Of a DNA stretch of 64,000 nucleotides, positions 18,481 through 28,291 are shown piece by piece. The notes beneath the pieces are model-generated. The model was not told where the DNA came from, made no database searches, and saw nothing but the letters and a program-made list of their open reading frames with translations. Both the position numbers and the translations under genes were made by a program. Each line of letters opens with the position of its first letter. Position 1 is the stretch's first letter. The stretch covers positions 1 through 64,000 of IMG/VR virus record IMGVR_UViG_3300022745_000020. The stretch is one strand, 5' to 3'. The stretch comes from a virus.

Positions 18481-19026
18481 ATGTGGACTATGGCTTTTGC
18501 GTTGCTCAAACGCATCCCTGTCAGGGATTATCTGTACCTCGCAGCCATCGTCCTCACCATGAGTGTGGGATGGTGGTTCGTGCAACATGAACGCGCCATC
18601 GGTGCTCGTGATGCTCAAATCAAGCTCGAGCAGATGAAGATCGAATACGATCATCGCACGCTCGAGCTGCAAGCTAAAAACAATGAGCTGCTGCAGCAAG
18701 CTCAAGCTCGATCCATGCAAGTATCCAAAGAACTCACCCAACAGCAAGGAGCCGTCCATGCGCTTTCTACTTCCAATACTGCTTTGCTTGAGCGTCTGCG
18801 GGTGCTCCTGCACGCCCAAGCCCCAACCGGCAATCTCTCCGCAGATCCCGCCTCTGCCCCAGGAGGTCTATCCGCAGGAGCGCTCAGCGATGTGCAATCC
18901 GAGCTGTACTCAGAACTTGCAGGACGCGCTTCAGCGTACGCTGAAGAAGCTGACCTCTGCCGTGGCAAACTGACCAAGGCCATAGAGCTCTACGAAGCCA
19001 TCCGGGTCGATTTGAGTAAGCCCTAA
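18481..19026 (+). CDS. i-spanin (Rz-like)
   Basis: N-terminal TM helix, long coiled coil, A..AD.C motif near the C-terminus. Confidence 0.8.
   Translation: MWTMAFALLKRIPVRDYLYLAAIVLTMSVGWWFVQHERAIGARDAQIKLEQMKIEYDHRTLELQAKNNELLQQAQARSMQVSKELTQQQGAVHALSTSNTALLERLRVLLHAQAPTGNLSADPASAPGGLSAGALSDVQSELYSELAGRASAYAEEADLCRGKLTKAIELYEAIRVDLSKP
18758..18973 (+). CDS. o-spanin lipoprotein (Rz1-like), embedded in the +1 frame of the i-spanin
   Basis: AAGGAG SD at 18746, MRFLLPILLCLSVCGC lipobox, Pro-rich mature part. Confidence 0.8.
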   Translation: MRFLLPILLCLSVCGCSCTPKPQPAISPQIPPLPQEVYPQERSAMCNPSCTQNLQDALQRTLKKLTSAVAN

Positions 19027-19038
19027 TAGGAGACAGTG

Positions 19039-19650
19039 ATGCAAGTGACTACTTCTATGCTCACCAAAGTTGGTGTGCGATCCAATCTGGCTGAGGCGTT
19101 CACGCCTTATCTGAACGCAGCCATGGCTAAATATAACATCACCGATGTCAATGAGGTCTGTGCTTTTCTGTCTCAAGTGCTGCATGAGTCTGATAAACTC
19201 TCTCACCTGGAAGAGGGATTGAGCTACTCCTCAGCAGACCGCATTAAACTGGTCTTCAGGCGCTTGAGAGTCCTGCCGGATAGTCAGATAGCCACTCTGG
19301 TAAAAAACCCCGTAGCACTGGCTAACGCCGCTTATGCTGGCGTCAATGGTAATACCGCAGCCGATGACGGCTGGCGTTTTCGTGGTCGCGGATGTTTCCA
19401 GCTCACTGGGCGTGCTAACTATCAAAAAGCATCTGCTTCCATCGGAGTGGACTTTATCTCCAATCCCGATCTGGTCGCTAAGCCTGAAGGTGCATGTCTG
19501 ACTGCTGCATGGTTTTGGGTCTCCCAAGGTGTGCAAGAGAAAGCACGAGCTGGGGATTACTTAGCATGTACCCGCCTGATCAATGGCTCGGCCATGCTCG
19601 GTAAACAAGAGCGTGAAGCCCTTCGGCTACAACTGCTGGCCAGTGTCTAA
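19039..19650 (+). CDS. Endolysin, glycoside hydrolase family 19 (chitinase-like)
   Basis: AFLSQVLHES, LEE.LSYS, DGWRFRGRG..QLTGRANY, AAWFW, TRLING. Confidence 0.92.
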   Translation: MQVTTSMLTKVGVRSNLAEAFTPYLNAAMAKYNITDVNEVCAFLSQVLHESDKLSHLEEGLSYSSADRIKLVFRRLRVLPDSQIATLVKNPVALANAAYAGVNGNTAADDGWRFRGRGCFQLTGRANYQKASASIGVDFISNPDLVAKPEGACLTAAWFWVSQGVQEKARAGDYLACTRLINGSAMLGKQEREALRLQLLASV

Positions 19651-19680
19651 TCGACATCGTTTAGAAGAAAACAATCATAG

Positions 19681-19718
19681 ACTACACCTCTATAGGGCAT
19701 GCCCTATAGAGGTGTAGT
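19681..19718. terminator. Perfect 38-bp palindrome between convergent genes
   Basis: actacacctctatagggcatgccctatagaggtgtagt. Confidence 0.75.
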
Positions 19719-19730
19719 GACTATGCTCTA

Positions 19731-20882
19731 TCATCCACGCAGTGACAGATACCACCCAATGGAAGTATTGATCCAGATAAAGGTCACCATCTGCCCCGAT
19801 GCATCAAGCACCAGTGAGTCAGATACACCTTGGAATTTTGCTAGAGCGATATTGACCGGGTTGACTGACCAGCTGTTGGTCGCATCCAAGAGCGTGTAGA
19901 AATCCCCAGGTGAGGGATTTCCAGGCAGGATGATCAGCGTGCTGCCACCGGCAGTATTCACTGGAGTGACCTTCTTCAGGTGGGAGCTATTAAGAGTGAC
20001 TGAGCCTGCACCAGTGCCCGTGATGGTGGCCGTATTGATATTGTAGATGGGGTCAGCTATGACTGTCCCACCACCCCCACCACCTCCGGTATATCCCAGA
20101 GTGGTCAGCAAAGCAATCAGGTCCTTCCAGTGTCCATCGCCGCCTAAGACGAAGGATTCCTGTCCCGCCAAAGGCGCAGGTACTGTGCCAGACACTCCAT
20201 CGGTCGATGAAGTCGCCCCCGTGAAGTTTTGCGTCAGACACAGCCACTTCGTGACATCCCATGCGCTGACAGCATGAGGCGTGATGCACGACCACATCAG
20301 CCCATCTTTGACCACGACGTGGCCAGTAAATGAGTAATTGGCAGCACCTACTGGAGATGAGGAGATAACGGCATTAGCAACAAACTTCCATCGACCCTGA
20401 GCGCAATCGTTGATAAAAGTCGTACTCACGTGAGCGATATTGCTCACCAGCAACTGGCCGTTGTACAGGGCGACTTGAGCCTTCTTATACACAGTACCAG
20501 TGGCCCAAGCAGTCGCACCCAGATCAGTGCCAGTGACCTCTTCTAAGTGCCCACTAACCAGATCGTTATCGATTAAAGTGGAGGTGTGAGGAAGCTTGAC
20601 GTGAAAGAGTCGCTCATTTTGATATAGAAACAACCCCGCTACGTCGTACAATGTACCACTGGCCCATGCGGTAAACGCTTTGGGGTTGATCAGCGTGGTG
20701 TTGAGTGTTGTCCAGTTGCCGTCACTGGTGAGGGCTCGGATGTTCACACCCGCAGTCGGCGCAGGCACGATACCGGGTAGACCATCTACGGTTGCAGTAG
20801 CACCCGTGAAGCGTTTGGTGACAGCAGTCAGTCGAGCAGAGATGAGGCCGATGACCTCAGGGATGGTAGCAAAAGAAGCCAT
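19731..20882 (-). CDS. Tail-fibre-like protein with carbohydrate-binding-like repeats
   Basis: Two FTGAT..DG..G.VPAP.AG...L..DG.W repeats, TAW..GT.Y CBM5/12-like motifs, AAGGA SD. Confidence 0.7.
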   Translation of the reverse strand: MASFATIPEVIGLISARLTAVTKRFTGATATVDGLPGIVPAPTAGVNIRALTSDGNWTTLNTTLINPKAFTAWASGTLYDVAGLFLYQNERLFHVKLPHTSTLIDNDLVSGHLEEVTGTDLGATAWATGTVYKKAQVALYNGQLLVSNIAHVSTTFINDCAQGRWKFVANAVISSSPVGAANYSFTGHVVVKDGLMWSCITPHAVSAWDVTKWLCLTQNFTGATSSTDGVSGTVPAPLAGQESFVLGGDGHWKDLIALLTTLGYTGGGGGGGTVIADPIYNINTATITGTGAGSVTLNSSHLKKVTPVNTAGGSTLIILPGNPSPGDFYTLLDATNSWSVNPVNIALAKFQGVSDSLVLDASGQMVTFIWINTSIGWYLSLRG

Positions 20883-20926
20883 GGCGTGTGTGTCCTTATG
20901 AGTTATCTATTTCGTAGACCGGTCGT

Positions 20927-21655
20927 TTACGAATAGACCCACACACCGGGGGTGGAGGTGGATTGACCATTACCAGCCACAGTGGTCGTCCATGTGCGAG
21001 TGCGAATTTGTGAGCCGTTGCTCTGGCGCTCACTGATCAAGTTACCATCGGTGCCCAGCGTGTAGCCAGCTCCCACCCACTCATCACTGTTGATCACCAC
21101 TGGGATAGAGTGAGCAGCAGTGGCCTGACCCAGAGAGGCTGGAAGCTTATTGGAGATGACGTTCATCGTAGAGATCAAGCGCTTGATGCCAGACACTACA
21201 GTCACCGCACCAGAGCCATCGACCTCAGCCATGAGTGCATTGGGATCTCCCAGTGCCACCACATCCGCAGAAGTCGGGTCGGTCTTGATGATGACAGGTG
21301 TGGCTCTGAGCTCCACGTTGGTCAATCCACTCTGAGACACCAGCGTCAGACTGGTCATGTCAGGGGCCACTGTCAGTGTAGCGCCTGTGGAGAAGTTGTA
21401 CCAGTAGACCGTACTGGTCGGAGGAGCAGTGCTGGTGTCCACCAGCTCCGTGCGCCGCAGGGTTTGACCTGCAGCATATCCCACCCCCGCAGCAGTGGTG
21501 GTGTATTTCTCTGTCAGAGTGACGATGTTTGAAGCAGTAGCCATGCCAGACCCATTGAGTTGTGCCAGTAGAGTGCCGATATCGACACCGCCGATGAGTA
21601 GCCGCTCAAGACTGATGGGTTTACCATTCCTGCCGCGGATTGTAGTTACATTCAT
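20927..21655 (-). CDS. Hypothetical virion/tail-associated protein
   Basis: Thr/Ser/Gly-rich, beta-type composition, LPASLGQ...SIPVVI.SD motif. Confidence 0.6.
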   Translation of the reverse strand: MNVTTIRGRNGKPISLERLLIGGVDIGTLLAQLNGSGMATASNIVTLTEKYTTTAAGVGYAAGQTLRRTELVDTSTAPPTSTVYWYNFSTGATLTVAPDMTSLTLVSQSGLTNVELRATPVIIKTDPTSADVVALGDPNALMAEVDGSGAVTVVSGIKRLISTMNVISNKLPASLGQATAAHSIPVVINSDEWVGAGYTLGTDGNLISERQSNGSQIRTRTWTTTVAGNGQSTSTPGVWVYS

Positions 21656-21834
21656 GTGGAGCCCTTTCTACGCGCAAGGCGCTGTATGCTAGACAAAACC
21701 CTCAAGTAAAACCGGGTATGTTTTTAAGTCACATGATGAACTCATACACCCCCGTAGCACAGATGCGATATAAGATACACAACTAAACACTCATACCCAC
21801 GCGTAGAGTAGATAAAAAAGTAAACATAGATAGC

Positions 21835-21873
21835 CTGACCTAGGAGTAGCTGTCATGGCTACTCCTAGGTCAG
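21835..21873. terminator. Intergenic palindrome
   Basis: ctgacctaggagtagc-tgtcatg-gctactcctaggtcag. Confidence 0.7.
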
Positions 21874-21898
21874 TGATGCTATACATGCGCATAACTAA

Positions 21899-23413
21899 TT
21901 AGAATGCAAAGAACGGGGCCTCTTGTTCATCGTGAGACAGTGCACCGACTCGCTTGACATCGATGCGAGGTTTATCCACATCATCGGGGATCGGCCCCAC
22001 ATCAGGAAACGGATAGACCAAGTACTTCTTATCCTCATGGATCACGGGCACACCTCTGTGCTTACCCACGAGCACAGTCAGATAGCTCTTGCCCCCACTT
22101 TTCTCAATGTGGATATAGATCTCGCCGTCGACTTCTTGATCGATTTGCTTAGAGCCTTTATAGTAGCCATTCCCACAAACTCGTTTGACAAAGTCAGCAG
22201 TGCCCTCACGGATCAACATCTTCGCATCAGTGCTCAACTGGTGAGGGGTGATCAGCACTGCTTTGCGGGCAGAGAAAAAGTTACGAGCTCTGTGAAAGAG
22301 ATCATTGAGGCCTGTTCCATGAGGGCCGTCTTGCATGCCAGTAGTAGGTAGACTGTATAGGGCATCGATCATGCACATCTTGATCTCGTAGCCCTGAGTC
22401 TCTAGATTGATGATGGCGTTTTGTAGATCATTGAACGTCCAAGCAGAGGCGTTGACTCGCCAGAGCTTGATGTGAAACCCATTCTTCTCCATGGCCTGCG
22501 TGATGATATTGGCCATATCCCCTACAGGGATTTGGCGGATATCTGGCATATTACCCGTCTCGTTGAAACAAATTGACTCATAGAGAAAACGCACGTTCGT
22601 CGGTAGATTATCTTCGAACGAAATGCGCAGCAGCAAAGGTTTCTTAGTAGGGTCGAGCAGCACAGGCGTGTTGTACGTGGCAATCTGTCTAAACAAAGAC
22701 AGCGTAAAGCCCGTCTTCCACCTGTGTTGCAAAGCAGGGATCACCCATTCATCGCCTGGGCGAAATCCCCCCTGTAGGGCTTCGTTCAATCCCTGCCAAC
22801 CCGTCCTTAAGATGCCGTGGTTGTTCTCCACAGACTGCATCTCATCCATCACGGATTTTAGACTATCTGGGTTAGCCAGATCGATCTCACCGACCATGGC
22901 AGGGTCCTTATCCTCACTGCCATCGGCTCGAAAGGGTTCGAGCTGCCCCATGAGCTGGGCGACATAGTTCTTAATCGATCGAATACTACCGCGGCGATAA
23001 GTCGTATCCGTATGGGCTTTGTGTAGGATATCGAGTACTTGCTTTTCACGAGAGGACTCTTTCAGGCCTTTGCGCAAGCTCGCGATCATGCGACGAGTAG
23101 CCACCTCATCCAAGTCAGGTACGATACCTTCTTGAAGCATGGAGTAGATGCGCTCGTTGTTAGAGCAGTTCACCTTCAGTCTGAGCAGGAGATCGTTCTT
23201 ATCGATCTCCTTGTTGTCACACAGGCTCAGCGCAGTCACCCTCAAGCTGTTGAGGACATTGCCAGTATCATCGAGCGTGAGCGTGGTATCAGCCGCCTTG
23301 ACTTGTGACAGCGCGGCTCTGACGATCTCACTGCTATCGATATCACTTTCTTGCTGCGTACTTTCTCGGTATCGTAGCGTGATGCACTTGACCAGTGTGA
23401 GCAAGTTTTCCAT
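21899..23413 (-). CDS. DnaB-like replicative helicase (phiKZ gp118-like)
   Basis: LRTGWQGLN..L.GGFR.G, variant Walker A ALQHRWKTG, ISFED, TPHQLS, IDQEVD, GKHRG. Divergent from the capsid locus as in phiKZ-like phages. Confidence 0.88.
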   Translation of the reverse strand: MENLLTLVKCITLRYRESTQQESDIDSSEIVRAALSQVKAADTTLTLDDTGNVLNSLRVTALSLCDNKEIDKNDLLLRLKVNCSNNERIYSMLQEGIVPDLDEVATRRMIASLRKGLKESSREKQVLDILHKAHTDTTYRRGSIRSIKNYVAQLMGQLEPFRADGSEDKDPAMVGEIDLANPDSLKSVMDEMQSVENNHGILRTGWQGLNEALQGGFRPGDEWVIPALQHRWKTGFTLSLFRQIATYNTPVLLDPTKKPLLLRISFEDNLPTNVRFLYESICFNETGNMPDIRQIPVGDMANIITQAMEKNGFHIKLWRVNASAWTFNDLQNAIINLETQGYEIKMCMIDALYSLPTTGMQDGPHGTGLNDLFHRARNFFSARKAVLITPHQLSTDAKMLIREGTADFVKRVCGNGYYKGSKQIDQEVDGEIYIHIEKSGGKSYLTVLVGKHRGVPVIHEDKKYLVYPFPDVGPIPDDVDKPRIDVKRVGALSHDEQEAPFFAF

Positions 23414-23635
23414 GATGAGGGGCTAAGGGTGAGTGTGTGTGTTTGTTAATTATGTCTGAGCAGAGTCACCATAGATGGAATCGGTGTGGTTTTTGTATAT
23501 GTCCAACTCTCACCCACATGCTCTGTCTTGAGGCACAGTATGGCGTCTAAGTTTTTGTTTTTTACAGCAATACCATATATCGGTCAACTTCTAATCATGT
23601 AGGCTTGTTTGCCACAGATAAAAGGTGAATCTCAT

Positions 23636-24301
23636 ATGAACAACCCATCCAAAACAGTCGTGGTGGTGCCCGAGTGGATCGCGACTCAAATCCGCCGCGA
23701 TGGTGGGACGATCACTGATGTCTTGAATTATGGCCGCATCTCTCAGATCCTGAGTAATGCGACGATGGCTGAGTTGCTGCTGTTCAACGATCCCTGCTCT
23801 AGAGAGTATATCCTAGAGGGGAAGACCTTCGGTGACTTGATCTTTGGCCAGCGACCTAATGTCAACTACTCGTTGATGGAGCTTGATCTGGGTGATCAAG
23901 CTCTGGTAGAGTGTTGGAGTCACCTCTACGAGAAGTGGTCGGTCGATAGCGGCTATGAAGGCATCGATAAACTCTGCGCTATGGCTAAGCTGGTGATCCC
24001 TCAGGCCGATCAGGCGTTCTTTCGTCAAGCCGATGAAGGTGAATGCCGCATCCCAGCCGATGGCGAAGAGCGTCCCTGGAGATTCGTGCATGGTGATAAT
24101 GTCATCTTCGTCATCATCAAGCCCAAAGCGTTCTACCGAAATGGTGTCGAAGGCAATCAAGCAGCTCAGGCCTACAGGCTGCGTCTGATGATCCTGACCG
24201 ATCTCATGCGCGAACAGTATGCCTATCGCTACCACCTGAGTGATCGCATCAGTATGCTGGAGTTGACGTACATAGATTCTCTGCGATTTGCCAACGCCTG
24301 A
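23636..24301 (+). CDS. Hypothetical protein between helicase and capsid (phiKZ gp119 position)
   Basis: AAGGTG SD, syntenic position. Confidence 0.7.
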   Translation: MNNPSKTVVVVPEWIATQIRRDGGTITDVLNYGRISQILSNATMAELLLFNDPCSREYILEGKTFGDLIFGQRPNVNYSLMELDLGDQALVECWSHLYEKWSVDSGYEGIDKLCAMAKLVIPQADQAFFRQADEGECRIPADGEERPWRFVHGDNVIFVIIKPKAFYRNGVEGNQAAQAYRLRLMILTDLMREQYAYRYHLSDRISMLELTYIDSLRFANA

Positions 24302-24574
24302 GCGGCTTAACAATAATATCAATACAATGATGAAAATCTATACCATCGTACTTTATCTTCTTTTGGAGGGGGTTTAGTGTAGATGAGTTTTTATGCACCT
24401 CTTTTATTTTTTCTTTTCTCTCACACATCGTATTCACCCACTCACACCTGTGTCGACTGACATAGGTTGAGTAGGCGGTACAGTTTTGTGTGCACACCTG
24501 CTACGGCTATAAGGTTTGTTTTTTCCCTTTTCCCCTCTCTCTACCACAGTCTCCATTAACAAAAGGAGTTCCCA

Positions 24575-26794
24575 ATGAAAAGTGTGTTCACTGAAGCTGG
24601 CCATGGTCAGACCGAACTGGGTCTGAACGGCCTGGTCCAAAAGCTCAATGAGGCCACCTCGGCCCAGGGCAACCGCTACGTTTCCGAAGACGTGGTGAAG
24701 TCCACCCTGGCTGCTGAGTCGATGTCGCAGTCAGGTATCCAAGAGCTCAAGAGTGCGCTGACCCAGCTGCGCTCGACTGTGCGTGCGGCTGCCACCACCG
24801 CCGGTCTGCGTTTCACGCCCATCGGCCAAAAGGGTGAGCGCGCCTCTGGCGAGCTGAGCCTGGCTAACGAGGCTGCTGCGGTCACCGCTGGCGTGCTGGC
24901 TTCGGCTCCGCGTCGTGCTCTGGCCTCGAAGGTCGTCACCGGTCAAGCCCTGAGCGCTCAAGCCGGTGAAGGTGTCTTCGTCGTCGGTGAGCTCAATGGC
25001 AGTGACTTCATCACGAGCCGCCCGGCCCTGGAAGCCTACGACAACACCAACAACAGTGATGTCGTCTCGTCTTCGATTTCGTATAACCTGCTGGCCTCGC
25101 GTCAGGACGACTTCGCTGAAGCGTTCTTCCCCACGGTCATGGTGCCGCCGGACAACCTCGGCCTGGAAATCACCCTGCGCCTGAACTACGTTGAGAAGGA
25201 AGTGCGTCGTGCCCTCAGCGGTGCGGCCACTGAATTCAATCGCATCAACGTGCTGAAGTCGGCTGTCGATCCCACCATCTTGGACAACACCTCGACGAAG
25301 ATCGTCCCGGTGGTGCGCTCTGGTGGTGCTAACGACTCGACCGCCCACTTCGTGGCTTCTTCTGATGTGGCCCCGTATGCGGTGGTCATCAATGGTGAGT
25401 CCATCACCACGGCTCCTCTGAAGTTCAGCGACAAGATCGACCTGATGGGTCTGTCTCAGCCTGACTCGCTGGTGGCCTCTGGCGTCAAGGACAATACCGA
25501 TAGCCTGGACCCGGGTATCACCCTGGCGGCCATCTACGTCAAGCTCGGTGCCAACGGTGGCAACAAGGTCATCAAGTTCACCGTGGATAAGCTGCCTGGC
25601 GCTACCTTCACGCCAGCCCTGCAAGGCAACACCCGCACGATGCAGCTCAACCTGAGCAGCTCTGCTCCGGTGGTGCGCACCACCACCACTGACGTGACGG
25701 GCGCTGCCATCACGCAACTGGGTGCTCTGGCTGATAAGGTCGTGCGTCTGAAGTTCTCGGCGTTCGGTTCGATCACGCTCGATACCGGTCTGACTGAGCT
25801 GACCCCGGGCCCGGTCTCGGTGGCTACTGTCACTGACTCGGTGGGCACGCAACTCGACACCAGCACCGGCACCGGTGCGACCCTGGCTGCCATCTTCGCT
25901 GGTGCTACGCTGATCGGCTGGGACGTGCTGGCTTATCGCTCCAACAGCAACCGTCGTCAACGCGGTCAGCTGGTGAACACGCAGTATATCCGTCAGGTGT
26001 ACTCGATCCCCCTGCTGCCCCCGATCACCTCGCCGCGCCCCATCGGTGCTGGCGATCAAGGTGACAACGATGCCATCCAGGCTCTGATCACCACCACCCA
26101 TCGTCGTACTTCCATCGATGCTGTGACTGAGCTGCTCGATGCGGCTGACCGCATCAAGGAGTATGTCAACAGTGTGGACTCCATCACGCAGACCCCGGCT
26201 GTGCTGGGTGTGGCTCGTGAACTGGTGACTGCCCAGTACCTGGAAGCTGCTATCGATGCTGCGACCGATCTGGACAGCCTGACCTCGTCCAGCCGTGTCG
26301 AAGACATGCAGGCTCTGCTGGTCAACGTCATCCGTGACATGGCCTTCCGCCTGTTCACTGGCTCGGCGCTGCAAGTGGCTCTGCAATCGGTCAATGGTGG
26401 TGTGGCTGCCAAGCCCCTGCTGATCATCGGTACCGATCCGACGCTGGCTCGCTACCTGACCATCACCGGCGACACCCGTCTGTCGACCGACTACTTCGAT
26501 TTCAAGGTCGTCTCGACTCTGGATCGTCGTATGACCGGCAAGGTCATCATCACCTTCGGTGTGGAAGAGGCCTACGGTAGCGGCGTGCCGCACCCGCTGC
26601 ACTTTGGCACGCACGGCTGGTGCCCTGAGGTCGTGACCTCTATCCCGATGACCCGCAACGGCGCGATCAGCCAAGAGCTGACCGTCGCTCCGCGCTTCCG
26701 TCACATCTCCAACCTGCCCGTCATCGGTCGCATCACGGTGGCTAACATCACCAGCGCCATGACCGGTAAGGTCACTGTCAACGTGTCCAAGTAA
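24575..26794 (+). CDS. Major capsid protein (phiKZ gp120-like)
   Basis: 739 aa, strongest codon bias in the window, ALE|AY propeptide cleavage motif, N....RQDDFAEAFFPT, N.N.RQRG, IIGTDP..ARY, P.F.HI.NLPV. Confidence 0.9.
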   Translation: MKSVFTEAGHGQTELGLNGLVQKLNEATSAQGNRYVSEDVVKSTLAAESMSQSGIQELKSALTQLRSTVRAAATTAGLRFTPIGQKGERASGELSLANEAAAVTAGVLASAPRRALASKVVTGQALSAQAGEGVFVVGELNGSDFITSRPALEAYDNTNNSDVVSSSISYNLLASRQDDFAEAFFPTVMVPPDNLGLEITLRLNYVEKEVRRALSGAATEFNRINVLKSAVDPTILDNTSTKIVPVVRSGGANDSTAHFVASSDVAPYAVVINGESITTAPLKFSDKIDLMGLSQPDSLVASGVKDNTDSLDPGITLAAIYVKLGANGGNKVIKFTVDKLPGATFTPALQGNTRTMQLNLSSSAPVVRTTTTDVTGAAITQLGALADKVVRLKFSAFGSITLDTGLTELTPGPVSVATVTDSVGTQLDTSTGTGATLAAIFAGATLIGWDVLAYRSNSNRRQRGQLVNTQYIRQVYSIPLLPPITSPRPIGAGDQGDNDAIQALITTTHRRTSIDAVTELLDAADRIKEYVNSVDSITQTPAVLGVARELVTAQYLEAAIDAATDLDSLTSSSRVEDMQALLVNVIRDMAFRLFTGSALQVALQSVNGGVAAKPLLIIGTDPTLARYLTITGDTRLSTDYFDFKVVSTLDRRMTGKVIITFGVEEAYGSGVPHPLHFGTHGWCPEVVTSIPMTRNGAISQELTVAPRFRHISNLPVIGRITVANITSAMTGKVTVNVSK

Positions 26795-26879
26795 GCACAC
26801 GAATAGATGGGTATAGTCTATACTTGAGCATAGGACTGCACTGACTCAGGTGTGGGTGATATCTGTCTAGAGCACAAAG

Positions 26880-26914
26880 TCCACACCTACGAACATGATG
26901 TTCGTAGGTGTGGA
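26880..26914. terminator. Intergenic palindrome (CACCTA family)
   Basis: tccacacctacgaacat-g-atgttcgtaggtgtgga. Confidence 0.75.
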
Positions 26915-26943
26915 TGTTATGCTGGCTATATACACAATGCACA

Positions 26944-26973
26944 AATTTATGGTCATATATTACTAATCTGAGT
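26944..26973 (+). promoter_or_regulatory. Putative phiKZ-type early promoter
   Basis: Exact TATATTAC core at 26956-26963, upstream of a small-gene cluster. Confidence 0.6.
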
Positions 26974-27031
26974 AGGAGGTTAAATCTACTCACCCAACAC
27001 CCTCTATCTTTACTCTGACTGGAGTATCATC

Positions 27032-27349
27032 ATGTCGTTCATCGATTACGCTCGCCGCCTCGTGGCCATCTACAAGCTCAACAGCTACAAGAAGTCCGTG
27101 GCCAAGAGCATCGCCAACTGCGAATTGGCCAAGCAGTGGATCAACCACAAAGACCCCAAGCAAGTGCAGATCCTGCTGCAAATCAATGCGTGGGGCCTGA
27201 AGAAGATGGGTCTGTGGTGGATCGCCAGTGACATGTATCTGGCGGGTGCTGCAGTGGTGTCTGATTGGGTCACAGCCTGTCAGTATATCAACTCCACCAT
27301 CAAGTCCCTCAAGACCGCTCAGGCTGAGCTCGAGCAAGTCAAGCTCTGA
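27032..27349 (+). CDS. Hypothetical protein (probably early, highly expressed)
   Basis: GGAG SD, biased codons, followed by a hairpin at 27363-27413. Confidence 0.75.
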   Translation: MSFIDYARRLVAIYKLNSYKKSVAKSIANCELAKQWINHKDPKQVQILLQINAWGLKKMGLWWIASDMYLAGAAVVSDWVTACQYINSTIKSLKTAQAELEQVKL

Positions 27350-27504
27350 CACCCACCTATCCCCCTCCAGTAGTACCCGCCCCCATCGTCTTGGAGGTGG
27401 TACTGCTGGAGGGAGAGATAGGAGATCTCTACTTTTTCTTTTGACGCATCTACTTGAATCTGATGGATGCGCCAATCCACTACAATCGACCAGGAGTGAA
27501 CACC

Positions 27505-27834
27505 ATGTACCTCATCGAATACATCGGCAGCCGACTCAGTGCTTATCAACTCAGTGTTCAAAAGCGTAAGCTGATCACTGCAGTCGATGACATCGAGCGT
27601 CACATCCAGCAAATGATCGCTCAAGGTATCGAAGACCTCGACCCCATCCACATGGCGAGCTTTGATATCGAGTACAGCTTGTCTCATCCAGACAACATGT
27701 ACACACCATCCACGCGAGTGAAGATCCTCTCAACCTTGCGTGAGATCGAAGTCCTCACCAGTTCACGTACGTTGATGTACGTGCCGTTCACCGTGGATAA
27801 GTTGCGCAGGATCATCCTAGCGGCTGAGTTATGA
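27505..27834 (+). CDS. Hypothetical protein
   Basis: AGGAG SD before ATG 27505. Confidence 0.7.
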   Translation: MYLIEYIGSRLSAYQLSVQKRKLITAVDDIERHIQQMIAQGIEDLDPIHMASFDIEYSLSHPDNMYTPSTRVKILSTLREIEVLTSSRTLMYVPFTVDKLRRIILAAEL

Positions 27835-27871
27835 CACTCCACGCGGCTCTAGCAGTAAAGGAGCATAGCGC

Positions 27872-28291
27872 ATGACCACCCGTGATAAAACAGCTCGTCA
27901 GCGATACCTCATCGATCTAGCCAACGAGCTCAGAGCACGGTGGTGGTACGATGTACCTCGCAGGGCTGCTAAGGAGCTGCTGCGGCTCAGTGAAGTAGAG
28001 GCTAAGTTACACGCCACTGAGCTAGAAGTGCAGTTGCTCAAGAAACGCCTAGCAGAAGAAAGTGTCCGCACTGATCATTGGTCTAGAAAAGCGCTGTATT
28101 TTGCTACACTGGTCAACACCCAGACTCAGCAGAGCAAGACGACCACGGCTGTAGACACGTCCACCCCCGCAGTCACACCGGTGACGGGGTCGGTAGAGGC
28201 CCAGCTCAAAGTCATCACTCAAAGACTCGGTCGAGTCGAGAGTATCTTACATGCTTACATAGGTCCCAAGAAACCAGGAGAACTACCATGA
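27872..28291 (+). CDS. Hypothetical coiled-coil protein
   Basis: AAGGAG SD. Confidence 0.7.
   Translation: MTTRDKTARQRYLIDLANELRARWWYDVPRRAAKELLRLSEVEAKLHATELEVQLLKKRLAEESVRTDHWSRKALYFATLVNTQTQQSKTTTAVDTSTPAVTPVTGSVEAQLKVITQRLGRVESILHAYIGPKKPGELP

Noticed and set aside
24731-26800. 689-aa antisense ORF over the major capsid gene
   Set aside because: It mirrors the capsid frame. Strong codon bias in the sense gene avoids the codons (TTA, CTA, TCA) that create antisense stops. The product has no recognisable features.
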